DNA of 64,000 nucleotides from contig CACPDB010000002.1 of assembly GCA_902632605.1 (NCBI GenBank), positions 99,306 to 163,305 on the forward strand. Direction: 5' to 3'. Origin of the DNA: an uncultured SAR86 cluster bacterium (GTDB taxonomy: Bacteria > Pseudomonadota > Gammaproteobacteria > Magnimaribacterales > AG-339-G14). Below the pieces are notes generated by a model. That model ran no database searches, was not told where the DNA came from, and saw only the letters and a list, made by a program, of their open reading frames with translations. The position numbers and the translations under genes were made by a program. Below are positions 10,158 to 22,234 of the stretch, in pieces. The number at the start of each line of letters is the position of its first letter. Position 1 is the stretch's first letter.

Positions 10158-10170
10158 TTTCCTTGATAAT

Positions 10171-10656
10171 TTAGCTTTGAAGCTCCTCGTTTTCCTTTTT
10201 AAGAGCGTCTTTTTGCTCTTCTCTGAGGTTTTTTACCTTTTCAGCAAGTTCCTCATTGCCTGTGGATAACATTTGCGCGGCTAAATATCCTGCATTTATT
10301 GCCCCTGCTTTTCCAATGGCAACCGTTGCTACAGGTACACCTTTTGGCATCTGTACAGTTGAAAGAAGAGCATCAAAACCATTTAAAGGTCCGCCGTCTC
10401 CCGGCACACCGATGACTGGCAAAGTGGTTTTGGAAGCAACATTTCCTGCCAAGTGAGCAGCCAAACCTGCAATGCCAATAAAAACTCTCACTCCATTGGC
10501 TATGGCCTCATCTATATGAGCATGCAATAGCTCTGGTGTTCTGTGCGCACTTAAAATGTTTATTGTGTATGGAACGTCGAGTGTATCCAAAATTTCTCCA
10601 GCAGCTTTTGCTAAATCTAAATCTGACTTTGAACCCATGACAATTGAAACTTTCAT
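10171..10656 (-). CDS. purE: N5-CAIR mutase
   Basis: [36 protein letters not shown]. Confidence 0.96.
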   Translation of the reverse strand: MKVSIVMGSKSDLDLAKAAGEILDTLDVPYTINILSAHRTPELLHAHIDEAIANGVRVFIGIAGLAAHLAGNVASKTTLPVIGVPGDGGPLNGFDALLSTVQMPKGVPVATVAIGKAGAINAGYLAAQMLSTGNEELAEKVKNLREEQKDALKKENEELQS

Positions 10657-10717
10657 TTTTGAACTCCTTAACTAAAATGTTATTTTACAGATGATAATAA
10701 TATATTGAATAACAATC

Positions 10718-11215
10718 GTGGCAATTAGAAAAATTTTAAAATTTCCTGATCAAGATTTGCGTATTAAAGCAAAGCCCGTTGAGGCTTTTGATGAAGAGTT
10801 AAAAGCCTTAACTGATGATATGTTTGAAACCATGCATTCAGTAAATGGCATTGGGCTGGCTGCAACTCAAATTGGCGTTGCTAAACAAGTTGCCGTTATC
10901 GACATCAGTCCAGAAAAAAATGAACCTTTAGTAATCGTTAATCCTGAAATTCAAATTTTGGATCCTTCCAAAAGAGAAGATTACGATGAAGGCTGCTTAA
11001 GTGTCCCGGGTTTTTTTGAGAAAATTTCAAGACCATCAGATATTAAACTCTCTTATCAAGATCTAAACGGAAAAAAACAAGAAATTAAACCTGAAGGACT
11101 ATTGACCAAAGTTGTCCAGCATGAACTTGATCACCTCAACGGCCGATTATTCGTTGATCATATTTCTGAACTGAAAAGAAGAAGAATCCGAAATAAAATT
11201 GTCAAACAAAAATAA
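10718..11215 (+). CDS. def: Peptide deformylase
   Basis: GIGLAA, EGCLS, QHELDHL; GTG start. Confidence 0.97.
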   Translation: MAIRKILKFPDQDLRIKAKPVEAFDEELKALTDDMFETMHSVNGIGLAATQIGVAKQVAVIDISPEKNEPLVIVNPEIQILDPSKREDYDEGCLSVPGFFEKISRPSDIKLSYQDLNGKKQEIKPEGLLTKVVQHELDHLNGRLFVDHISELKRRRIRNKIVKQK

Positions 11216-12147
11216 TGGATATCTTGTTTGCTGCTACGCCGAAGATTGCTCTTAAAACTCTTGAAACCATCTATGAGTCCAAACACGATTTGGTTGGTGT
11301 GATTTGTGCAGAAGAAAAACGTTCGGGCAGAGGTTTAAAATTTGTTAAAAGTCCAATCAGAGTTTTTGCAGAAGATAAAAAAATTAAAATTTTTTCTTAC
11401 GATGAAATCAAAGATAGAAAGTTCAGACCTACCTTGGAAAAACTTAATATTGATCTCCTTCTTGTCTTTGCTTTTGGACACATCATTAGCGAAGATCTTT
11501 TGAACGTGGCAGAACATGGAAGCTTTAACATTCACACATCTTTACTGCCTAAGTACAGAGGCGCTGCTCCAATTCAAAGAAGCATTATTAACTGCGACCG
11601 AGAAACAGGAATTACATTTATGAAAATGGATGCCGGTCTCGATACGGGTCCAATTGTAAAAAGCATAAAATTTCCTATTGAGGAAGGAACGAATACCGAA
11701 GATTTAGAGGAAATTATGAGCGATATTTCATCTAGAAATATACTACAAGTTATTGATTCTATTGAAAAAAATACATTTTCTCTTACGGAACAAAATGAAA
11801 ATGAATCTTCTTATGCTCCTAAAGTAACCAAAGAAGAAGCTAGAATAGATTGGACAAAATCAGCGGAAGAAATAGTTGGCAAAATTAATGGTCTTTGTCC
11901 TAATCCTTGTGCATTTTCAGAATATAAAAGTGAAAGAATTATTATTCACCGTGCAAAGATAAATGCCCTGCCCGCTTCGGAACCCGGAAAAGTTATTAAG
12001 GCTGACAAAAAAGAATTTTTAGTTTCTGGAATAGATAAGTGTGTCGAAATTAAGGAACTTGCTAGGCAAAATAAAAAACGAATGAAATACAAAAGTTTCT
12101 ACAATGGATCAAAAGATTTTTTTAACTCCAATGAAAGCTTTAAATAG
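11215..12147 (+). CDS. fmt: Methionyl-tRNA formyltransferase
   Basis: NIHTSLLPKYRGAAPIQ, MDAGLDTG; follows def. Confidence 0.96.
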   Translation: MDILFAATPKIALKTLETIYESKHDLVGVICAEEKRSGRGLKFVKSPIRVFAEDKKIKIFSYDEIKDRKFRPTLEKLNIDLLLVFAFGHIISEDLLNVAEHGSFNIHTSLLPKYRGAAPIQRSIINCDRETGITFMKMDAGLDTGPIVKSIKFPIEEGTNTEDLEEIMSDISSRNILQVIDSIEKNTFSLTEQNENESSYAPKVTKEEARIDWTKSAEEIVGKINGLCPNPCAFSEYKSERIIIHRAKINALPASEPGKVIKADKKEFLVSGIDKCVEIKELARQNKKRMKYKSFYNGSKDFFNSNESFK

Positions 12148-12205
12148 TGATAATCAAATTCACAATATTATTTTTCTGAGAGTATAATTTTTATTGGAGT
12201 AATAA

Positions 12206-13570
12206 TTGAACATCTTAATTTTAGGTGCCGGACAAGTTGGATCAGAATTAACCGAAATTCTATCTGAGGATGGTCACAGCATAACCCTCGTCGATCTTAA
12301 CGATGAAAAACTCGAAAAAGAGTCGGAGCAACATGATATAAAAATTGTGTGTGGTAATTGTTGCTATCCACAAACCCTTGAAGACGCCAACATTCAAGAT
12401 ACAGAACTTGCTATTGCAATGACCGAACGAGACGAGGTCAATTTGGTTGCTTGTCAGATGATTAAACATCTTAATAAAAAAACTAAAACTATGGCTCGGA
12501 TTAGAGCAAGAGAATATCTTAAAGGTAAGGGTAGTCAGATTTTTGAAAATGGCGAATATTCAATAGATGTTTTAATTTCCCCAGAAACTCTCATTACTGA
12601 ATACATTTCAAAACTGGTACAACTCCCCGGAGCACTTCAAGTTTTAGATTTTGGTGATGGAAGAGCTTCAATGGTAAGTGTAAAAGCTGTAGAAGGCGCT
12701 CCCATAACAGGCCATAAAGTTTCTGAATTAAGGGAGCATATCCCTAATGCAGATACTAGAGTTGCGGCTATTTACAGGGAAGAAGAGATTATTATTCCAA
12801 GTGGCGAGGATTATATAAAAGATGGTGATGAAGTATTCTTTATCTCTGCTAAAGGAAATATTAAAAAAGTAATGTCAGAGATAAGACCGAGAGATTCTAA
12901 ATATAAAAACATAATGATTGCAGGTGGTGGGAAGATTGGAAGAAGGCTCGCAAAAATACTTGAAGATAAATTTAGCGTTGTAAAGATTATAGAAAAAAGT
13001 AAAAAGAGAGGAGATTACTTATCTGAAACTTTAGATTCTGCTCTTGTGCTTAACGGTGATGCCACAGAAGAAGACCTGCTCATAGAAGAAGGTATTGAAT
13101 CGATTGATATGTTTTGTTCAGTAACTGACAGTGACGAGGCAAATGTAATGTCGTCATTGTTGGCTAAAAAACTTGGAGCGAAAAAGGTACTCTCTTTGAT
13201 GAATAAACAATCTTTTTTAGATCTTATACATCAAGGAGAAGTTGACATTACAGTAGTGCCAAATGAAATTACTATTGGTGTTGTTTTGCAAAATATTACA
13301 AAAGCAAAAATAGAAAGGGCTCATACCTTTAAAAGAGGTAAATCTGAAGCATTAGAGCTAATAGCAAGCCCTGAAATAACTCCAAAGATAATTGGTCAGG
13401 GAATAGACGATATAAAACTACCAAACGGATGTACAATAAGTGCCGTAATTCGAGGAAAAGAAGTGAAAATAGCTCATCATGACGTTAAAATACATGAAAA
13501 TGACCACATAATTATTTTCTTGTCTGATAAAAAATTATTTCCGGCGCTAGAAGCAAGTTTAATGAGTTAA
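12206..13570 (+). CDS. trkA: Trk K+ uptake NAD-binding subunit
   Basis: Two RCK-N domains (GAGQVG, GGGKIG); TTG start. Confidence 0.95.
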   Translation: MNILILGAGQVGSELTEILSEDGHSITLVDLNDEKLEKESEQHDIKIVCGNCCYPQTLEDANIQDTELAIAMTERDEVNLVACQMIKHLNKKTKTMARIRAREYLKGKGSQIFENGEYSIDVLISPETLITEYISKLVQLPGALQVLDFGDGRASMVSVKAVEGAPITGHKVSELREHIPNADTRVAAIYREEEIIIPSGEDYIKDGDEVFFISAKGNIKKVMSEIRPRDSKYKNIMIAGGGKIGRRLAKILEDKFSVVKIIEKSKKRGDYLSETLDSALVLNGDATEEDLLIEEGIESIDMFCSVTDSDEANVMSSLLAKKLGAKKVLSLMNKQSFLDLIHQGEVDITVVPNEITIGVVLQNITKAKIERAHTFKRGKSEALELIASPEITPKIIGQGIDDIKLPNGCTISAVIRGKEVKIAHHDVKIHENDHIIIFLSDKKLFPALEASLMS

Positions 13571-13601
13571 GAAGATATTAGATGCTTTTTAAGAAATTTA
13601 A

Positions 13602-15053
13602 ATGAAGTTTAGATTAATTTCTAGGGTTTTGGGAATAGGTTTGATCTCCTTTTCTTTTTTGCAGCTAACGCCTATTATAGTTTCAATTATCTATAACGAA
13701 GATAATATTATAGCTTTTGCCTATTCCTTCCTGATTACCCTTGCATTTGGCTCATTTCTTTATTTGGTTAATTTTGAAAAAAAATATGATGGGATAAGAG
13801 TTAAAGAGGGTTTTTTGTTAACCGTTCTGCTTTGGTTATTCTTTACCATTTTCGCAACTTTACCTTTAATATTAGGAAATAATAGCGATTTATCTATAGT
13901 AAGTGCTTACTTTGAAGCAACTTCAGGATTAACAACTACAGGTGCAACGATATTTTCTGACCTATCCGGAGAATATTACTCTATTCTGTTTTATAGAGGC
14001 TTGCTCCAATGGATAGGTGGTCTTGGTATTATTGTATTGGCCATTGCCTTGATGCCTCTATTGGGGGTTGGTGGAATGCAGCTATATAGGGGTGAGACGC
14101 AAGGACCTATAAATCAAAGCAAGTTAAGGCCGAAAATAGCTGAAACCGCTATGGTTTTGGTGTACATCTATCTTATTCTTACCTTCCTTTGTTTCATCTC
14201 ATATTTTATGGCTGGTATGGGATATTTCGACGCGGTAGTTCACTCTTTTACCACGATTGCAATTGGGGGTTTTTCTAATTACAACGAGAGTTTTGCCTTC
14301 TTTAACAACAACACGATTTATATTTTGGCTGTTGTTTTTATGTTCATTTCAGGCATAAGTTTTTCTCTGCATTACCTTTCCTTTTCAAATTTTAAATTAT
14401 TTAACTATGTAAAAGATCCTGAATTTGGGTTTTATTGGAAAATGCTTTTTCTTGCTTTTGTTGTGTTCTTGATAACTATCTGGTTAAGCAGCTCTGAGAT
14501 TTCTTCGGGTCTAATTGTATCTTCTCTATTTACCGTTACTTCGTTTGCGACAACTACAGGGTTTACCGTTCTGGATCATACTGCATTTCCTACCTACCTC
14601 CCTCAACTTCTAATTTTTATTGGCATGATAGGAGCTTGTGCAGGATCAACTGCGGGAGGATTTAAAGCGATAAGGGGTTTGGTGCTCTTGAATCATGCGA
14701 GAAGAGAGCTTAAAAAACTTATACACCCTAATCTTGTCTTGCCTTTAAAGATTGGTAAAAAGAAAATCAATAGTGAGGTTGCTGATTCCGTATGGGGATT
14801 TTTAACAGTTTATCTGCTTACTTTTTTAGTTGGTTCTTTTATCTTAATGGGGCAGGGGATAGATACAGAAACCGCTTTTTCTGCAATAGCAGCATGTCTA
14901 AATAATTTAGGTCCAGGACTAGGTGAAGTAGCTTATAATTACGCAGGAATGGATGCGTTTACGAAAGTCCTTTTGGCTTTTGTAATGATACTTGGAAGAT
15001 TAGAAATCTATACTTTACTGGTATTGTTTACAGCATTCTTCTGGAAAGAATAG
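13602..15053 (+). CDS. trkH: Trk K+ uptake membrane subunit
   Basis: Four pore-loop glycines: SGLTTTG, TTIAIGG, ATTTG, NNLGPG; GRLE. Confidence 0.95.
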   Translation: MKFRLISRVLGIGLISFSFLQLTPIIVSIIYNEDNIIAFAYSFLITLAFGSFLYLVNFEKKYDGIRVKEGFLLTVLLWLFFTIFATLPLILGNNSDLSIVSAYFEATSGLTTTGATIFSDLSGEYYSILFYRGLLQWIGGLGIIVLAIALMPLLGVGGMQLYRGETQGPINQSKLRPKIAETAMVLVYIYLILTFLCFISYFMAGMGYFDAVVHSFTTIAIGGFSNYNESFAFFNNNTIYILAVVFMFISGISFSLHYLSFSNFKLFNYVKDPEFGFYWKMLFLAFVVFLITIWLSSSEISSGLIVSSLFTVTSFATTTGFTVLDHTAFPTYLPQLLIFIGMIGACAGSTAGGFKAIRGLVLLNHARRELKKLIHPNLVLPLKIGKKKINSEVADSVWGFLTVYLLTFLVGSFILMGQGIDTETAFSAIAACLNNLGPGLGEVAYNYAGMDAFTKVLLAFVMILGRLEIYTLLVLFTAFFWKE

Positions 15054-15082
15054 TAAGTACTTACTTCTAATAAGATACAACA

Positions 15083-16444
15083 ATGGTTGATAATAAAATG
15101 GATAAAATTGTCTCTCTTTGTAAGAGGAGGGGGTTTATTTTTCAAACCGCAGAGATATATGGAGGGATGCAGGGAGTCTATGATTACGGACCGCTAGGCG
15201 TTGAGCTTGCCAACAACATTAAGCGAGCTTGGTGGGAATCTATGATTTATAAAAGAGATGATATAGAAGGCTTGGATTCGTCAATTTTAGGTAGTCAAAA
15301 TATCTTTGCACAGTCAGGTCATGAAGACACTTTTACTGATCCTTTAATTGATTGCAAAGATTGTAAATTTAGAATGAGAGCAGATATTTTAGACGACATG
15401 AAGTGTCCAAATTGTGGGTCAACAAATTTAACCGAGCCTAGAGACTTTAATCTGATGTTTAAAACTAATATCGGGCCAGTAGACGATGGCTCTTCTATTG
15501 CCTATCTTCGTCCAGAAACAGCTCAGCATATTTTTATTAATTTTAAGAATGTTTTAGACAGCACTTCTAGAACGCTGCCTTTTGGAATTGCACAAATTGG
15601 TAAAGCATTTAGAAATGAAATAACAGCTAGAAATTTTATCTTTAGGAAAAGAGAATTTGAGCAAATGGAAATGGAGTATTTTGTAAACCCGAAAGATGAT
15701 GAGAAATTTCATGAATATTGGATAAAAGAAAGAATGAAATGGTGGATAGATCAGGGCTTAAATGAGGAAAATTTAGAAATTTTCAATGTCCCCAAAAAGG
15801 AATTATCCCATTACTCAAAGGCAACTGCAGATATTATGTATAAATTTCCTCATGGAACAGAAGAGCTAGAAGGAATTGCAAATAGAACGGATTTTGATTT
15901 GGGCTCTCATACTAAATCTCAAGAAGAATTCAACATACAGGCGAAAACTAAGGAAAATAAAGCTTCCAAAGCGAAACTTGCTTTCCAGGATAAAATATCA
16001 AATAAATGGCATGTGCCCTTTGTTATTGAACCAAGCGCTGGAGTCGAAAGAGCGTTTTTAGCTATTCTTAATGACGCATATAAGGAAGAAAATCTAGAAA
16101 ATGATTCAAAAAGGGTTGTATTGTCTTTGAAAAATCACCTATCTCCCATAAAAGTCGCTGTAATTCCACTAAAAAAGAACGTAGAAGCAATAGTAAACGC
16201 TTCAATAGAAATAAAAAACAGGCTTTTAAAACTAAATATTGGAAGAGTAGCAGTTGAAAATACTGGAAATATAGGAAAGAGTTATCGCAAACATGATGAA
16301 ATTGGCACCCCAATTTGTATAACAGTTGACTATGACACCATAGAAAAAAACAAAGTTACTTTCAGAGATAGAGACACTATGGAGCAAGAAGTAATCGACT
16401 TAAGCGACATAGAGAAAAGCATTCTAAAGTTATTTAAGGGTTAA
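15083..16444 (+). CDS. glyQS: Glycine--tRNA ligase, homodimeric (alpha2) type
   Basis: [59 protein letters not shown]; CxxC..CxxC insertion. Confidence 0.95.
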   Translation: MVDNKMDKIVSLCKRRGFIFQTAEIYGGMQGVYDYGPLGVELANNIKRAWWESMIYKRDDIEGLDSSILGSQNIFAQSGHEDTFTDPLIDCKDCKFRMRADILDDMKCPNCGSTNLTEPRDFNLMFKTNIGPVDDGSSIAYLRPETAQHIFINFKNVLDSTSRTLPFGIAQIGKAFRNEITARNFIFRKREFEQMEMEYFVNPKDDEKFHEYWIKERMKWWIDQGLNEENLEIFNVPKKELSHYSKATADIMYKFPHGTEELEGIANRTDFDLGSHTKSQEEFNIQAKTKENKASKAKLAFQDKISNKWHVPFVIEPSAGVERAFLAILNDAYKEENLENDSKRVVLSLKNHLSPIKVAVIPLKKNVEAIVNASIEIKNRLLKLNIGRVAVENTGNIGKSYRKHDEIGTPICITVDYDTIEKNKVTFRDRDTMEQEVIDLSDIEKSILKLFKG

Positions 16445-16446
16445 GA

Positions 16447-16986
16447 ATGTCAGGCCAAAAGTACATTATTCTTGATCGAGATGGCGTTATTAACGTTGAT
16501 CTCTTTGATTATGTTACAAAGCCAGCAGATTTTAAATTCGAGGATGGAAGCCTAGAGGCATTATCTATATTGTCTGAAAATAATTTTAAAATTATTGTTG
16601 CAACAAATCAGGCCTGCATTAGCCTTGGCATAGCTTCTAAAGAACAAATTGATAACGTTAATTCTCACATGAAACATAAAGTTAGAGAACACGGATCAAA
16701 TATTTTTCATGTAGAAGTTTGTCCCCATAGACCTGAAGATGATTGTGAATGCAGAAAACCAAAAATCGGTCTTTTGCTCCAAGCAGAAAAAGCTCTGGGT
16801 ATTAATCTTAAAGGTTGTTATTTTGTTGGAGATAAATTTTCTGATGTTCAATGTGCACTAGCTCATGAATGTAAACCTTTATTGGTTAAAACTGGTTATG
16901 GAGAGATTACGTTGAAAAATCATGATACTTCTCAAGCTCAAGTTTTTGAAAATCTATTGTCAGCAACAAAATTTATCTGCCAATGA
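16447..16986 (+). CDS. gmhB: D,D-heptose 1,7-bisphosphate phosphatase (HAD IIIA)
   Basis: LDRDGVIN, ATNQ, CPHRPEDDCECRKP, VGDK. Confidence 0.9.
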   Translation: MSGQKYIILDRDGVINVDLFDYVTKPADFKFEDGSLEALSILSENNFKIIVATNQACISLGIASKEQIDNVNSHMKHKVREHGSNIFHVEVCPHRPEDDCECRKPKIGLLLQAEKALGINLKGCYFVGDKFSDVQCALAHECKPLLVKTGYGEITLKNHDTSQAQVFENLLSATKFICQ

Positions 16987-17693
16987 TTTCCTACCTAAGA
17001 TCTTTTCTTTTTTATGTGATTTTAGGAATTTCTTTAATCGTCATTTCTTTAACCTTTCCGGCTTGTATTTTTATTGATAAAAAATTCAGGCAGAAAATTA
17101 TTCTTTCTTGGGTTTCTTTCTTTCGTTGGTGGATAAGAATTTGCTGCGGAGTAAAAATTGTATTTAAGGGAAACGTTGATGTCATGAATTCTCCAGGGAA
17201 AAAAGTTTATTTTCCTAACCATCAAGGTTTTATTGAAACTCTGGTGTTGTATGAAAGATTTATTCCTACAGCAACCATCCTGAAAGATGTTTTATTGTCA
17301 TGGCCAATTATTGGTTGGGCTTTGAGACTGCTTAGCTCAATTCCAATTGATAGAGGCAAGGGTTCAGACGCTATAAAAAAGATTTTTTCTACGGGCAAAG
17401 AATTATTAGATTCTGGTTTTTCTGTAATTTATTACCCAGAAGGCACTAGAAGGAAACCTGGTGACCTAGGTATCTATAAAAAGACAGGTGCAGAATTAGC
17501 TTTTCAAACAGGTAGTGAGATTATCCCAATCGTGCACAATGCCGGAGAATCTTGGTATGGCGGGGATTTTGTTATAACCCCTGGTGATGTAGTATTTTTT
17601 ATCGGAGATCCTATTCAGCCATTAGAAAGCTCCTACGAAACAACAAAAATAGTTAGAGACTGGACAGAAAATAAATATTCAGAACTTTTTTAA
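16983..17693 (+). CDS. plsC: 1-acyl-sn-glycerol-3-phosphate acyltransferase
   Basis: NHQGFIET, IDRG, YPEGTR, PIVHNAG. Confidence 0.88.
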   Translation: MISYLRSFLFYVILGISLIVISLTFPACIFIDKKFRQKIILSWVSFFRWWIRICCGVKIVFKGNVDVMNSPGKKVYFPNHQGFIETLVLYERFIPTATILKDVLLSWPIIGWALRLLSSIPIDRGKGSDAIKKIFSTGKELLDSGFSVIYYPEGTRRKPGDLGIYKKTGAELAFQTGSEIIPIVHNAGESWYGGDFVITPGDVVFFIGDPIQPLESSYETTKIVRDWTENKYSELF

Positions 17694-17694
17694 G

Positions 17695-20115
<2,421 letters not shown>

Positions 20116-21129
20116 TTATAAATCAATTACAAAATCAAACTCATATTTTTCTAAATATTCAAGAGAGGTTATAAATAATTGACAATCAACGTCTTGAAGG
20201 AGATTTAATGCCAGATCAAAGTTTCTATCATCAAGCTCAGAAGCCAAGTCATCTAGCAAGAAAATTGTTTTGTTTGGTCTAAGATCATTATAAGCATTAA
20301 TAAAAAATAAATAAATCAATAAAATCAATAGTTTTTGTTCACCTCTTGATAATATATTTCCAGAGTCTTGCTTATTAATTTTCACGCTTAAGTCAGAAGT
20401 TTGAGGTCCTAAAGAAGTAAATCCTTTTGCCTGATCCTTTACAAAAGACTCCCTTAGCTCCTCCAATAGACTTTCTTTCCAACCCTTATCATAATTAATG
20501 GAAATCTTCTTGAACTTATTTTTTAAACTCTCTGGTATAGATAAAGAATCCACAAAAGCCGGAAAGTTTTTTAAGAAGGAATCTATAAACTCAAGCTTCT
20601 TTTTGGTTATTTTATGAGACAGATCAATAAAGACTTTAGTCCAAGATTTGAGCTCAGGAGACGAGTTTTTTTTAAGCGCTCTATTTCTCTGAGCAAGTGC
20701 TTTTTTGAAATTCAAGTGATCTGTTTTGTAATCGTGTTCCACGTGAAACATTAGATAATCTATAAATGATCTCCTGTTCTCTTTTGGCGCCTCTAGAAGA
20801 CTAAGAGAAAAATTATTTAACACCAAGGGTAGGAAGTCGTTTTCAATATTTCCATCTTTAGATTTAACTGAAGATAACAAATCCTTTGAGAAAGAAAATT
20901 TTTCTCCATCTAAAATAGCATCTACTTTAAAAAATTTTGATTCGAAATTAATCATTGCGTTTGAGGATGATGTTCTAAAAGATTTTTTAGAAAAAATAAA
21001 AAAAATTGCTTCTAGAAAAGAAGACTTCCCTGCCCCATTTTTTCCAATAATTAAATTCTTTTTAGCAAGATCAAAAGAAGAGTTTTTAAAAGATCTAAAA
21101 TTATTTAAATTTATTTTTGATAGTGACAT
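20116..21129 (-). CDS. recF: DNA replication/repair protein RecF
   Basis: GKNGAGKS, LSRGEQK, LLDDLASELD; between dnaN and gyrB. Confidence 0.93.
   Translation of the reverse strand: MSLSKINLNNFRSFKNSSFDLAKKNLIIGKNGAGKSSFLEAIFFIFSKKSFRTSSSNAMINFESKFFKVDAILDGEKFSFSKDLLSSVKSKDGNIENDFLPLVLNNFSLSLLEAPKENRRSFIDYLMFHVEHDYKTDHLNFKKALAQRNRALKKNSSPELKSWTKVFIDLSHKITKKKLEFIDSFLKNFPAFVDSLSIPESLKNKFKKISINYDKGWKESLLEELRESFVKDQAKGFTSLGPQTSDLSVKINKQDSGNILSRGEQKLLILLIYLFFINAYNDLRPNKTIFLLDDLASELDDRNFDLALNLLQDVDCQLFITSLEYLEKYEFDFVIDL
20735..20750. other. parS: parS centromere site inside recF
   Basis: TGTTCCACGTGAAACA, 1 mismatch to TGTTTCACGTGAAACA; encodes MFHVEH on the recF strand. Confidence 0.9.
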
Positions 21130-21133
21130 TTCA

Positions 21134-22234
21134 TCATAATCTCATCGGCATGATTACATGTACTAAGTCATCGCTAGAAGAATTTTTTACAAGGCAAGAA
21201 TTTTCCGAACCAAAAAAAACAAATTCTATATCATTGCCCGGAAGATAATTTAATGATTCTTGGAGATAATTTATGTTAAAGCCTATCTCAAAATCTTGAC
21301 CGACATAATCTACGGCCAACTCTTCTTCTGCGCTTTCTTTATTTGGGTTGTTAGCAAGAATTTTTAATTTGTCTTTGCTTAGCTCGAACTTTACTCCTCT
21401 AAATTTTTCATTAGAAAGAACAGCTGATCTTGAAAGTGCTGTGAGGATAGGCGACTTTGATGTTGTAAGAGATTGTTCCTCCCCAGAAGGAAAAACCTTT
21501 TTATAATCTGGGTAAGCCCCTTCAATTAATTTGCTAATAAAAGTGAAATTTTCAGATTCTATTTTTAATTGAGAATTATTTGAAGAGAAGGATATTTCTT
21601 CAGGAAATATATTTAAAATTCTTTGTAACTCTAAAGCCGTCGACCTAGGAATGATTAACTTTTTATCTTCCAACTCATCAGAATGAGAATAGGATCCCCA
21701 AGCTAGTCTGTGACCATCGGTAGCAACCATATTTATTTTCTTTTGAGCGGTCTCAAATAACAATCCATTTAAATAGTATCTTACGTCTGCAGAAGCCATT
21801 GCAAAACTAGTGCTTTCTAAAACCTTCCCAAATTTATTTCCGTCCAAAGAGATATTAAAGTTATGGTCCTCCAAGTCTACAAAAGGAAAATCCTGAACAG
21901 GCAACACAGCTAAGTCTGCTTGAAAACTTAATGCTGAAATTTCTAGCTGATTTTCAATAACCTCAAAACTTAACTCTGTATCATCTGGGACAGACCTTAT
22001 AAGCTCAAAGAGTTTTCTGGCTGATACAGTTGTTTCACCATCGTCTGAAATAGAACAATCTGAGACGATAAGTGACAGTTGCCTCTCTAAATCAGTGGCA
22101 ATAATTGTTAGATTTCCATCACTTGCTTTTAGCAAAACATTGGAAAGTATTGGAATAGTTTGTCTTTTTTCAGCAATTGACGAGCATAATGAGAGTTTAT
22201 CTGCTAAAGCTTCTTTTTTTGCCAAAAATTTCAT
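21134..22234 (-). CDS. dnaN: DNA polymerase III beta clamp
   Basis: QTIPILSN, ATDLE, VRYYLNG, ATDGHRL, VIMPMRL. Confidence 0.97.
   Translation of the reverse strand: MKFLAKKEALADKLSLCSSIAEKRQTIPILSNVLLKASDGNLTIIATDLERQLSLIVSDCSISDDGETTVSARKLFELIRSVPDDTELSFEVIENQLEISALSFQADLAVLPVQDFPFVDLEDHNFNISLDGNKFGKVLESTSFAMASADVRYYLNGLLFETAQKKINMVATDGHRLAWGSYSHSDELEDKKLIIPRSTALELQRILNIFPEEISFSSNNSQLKIESENFTFISKLIEGAYPDYKKVFPSGEEQSLTTSKSPILTALSRSAVLSNEKFRGVKFELSKDKLKILANNPNKESAEEELAVDYVGQDFEIGFNINYLQESLNYLPGNDIEFVFFGSENSCLVKNSSSDDLVHVIMPMRL

Noticed and set aside
10657-10717. PurR box or purine riboswitch upstream of purE
   Set aside because: No PurR consensus or structured leader; the spacer is only 61 nt and AT-rich.
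12148-12166. TGATAATCAAATTCA upstream of trkA as a Fur or CRP site
   Set aside because: Three mismatches in the right half for Fur and wrong spacing for CRP, in AT-rich background.
17216-17240. PlsC catalytic HxxxxE instead of HxxxxD
   Set aside because: NHQxxxET is, as I recall, normal for the Pseudomonas LptA-type subfamily found next to gyrB.
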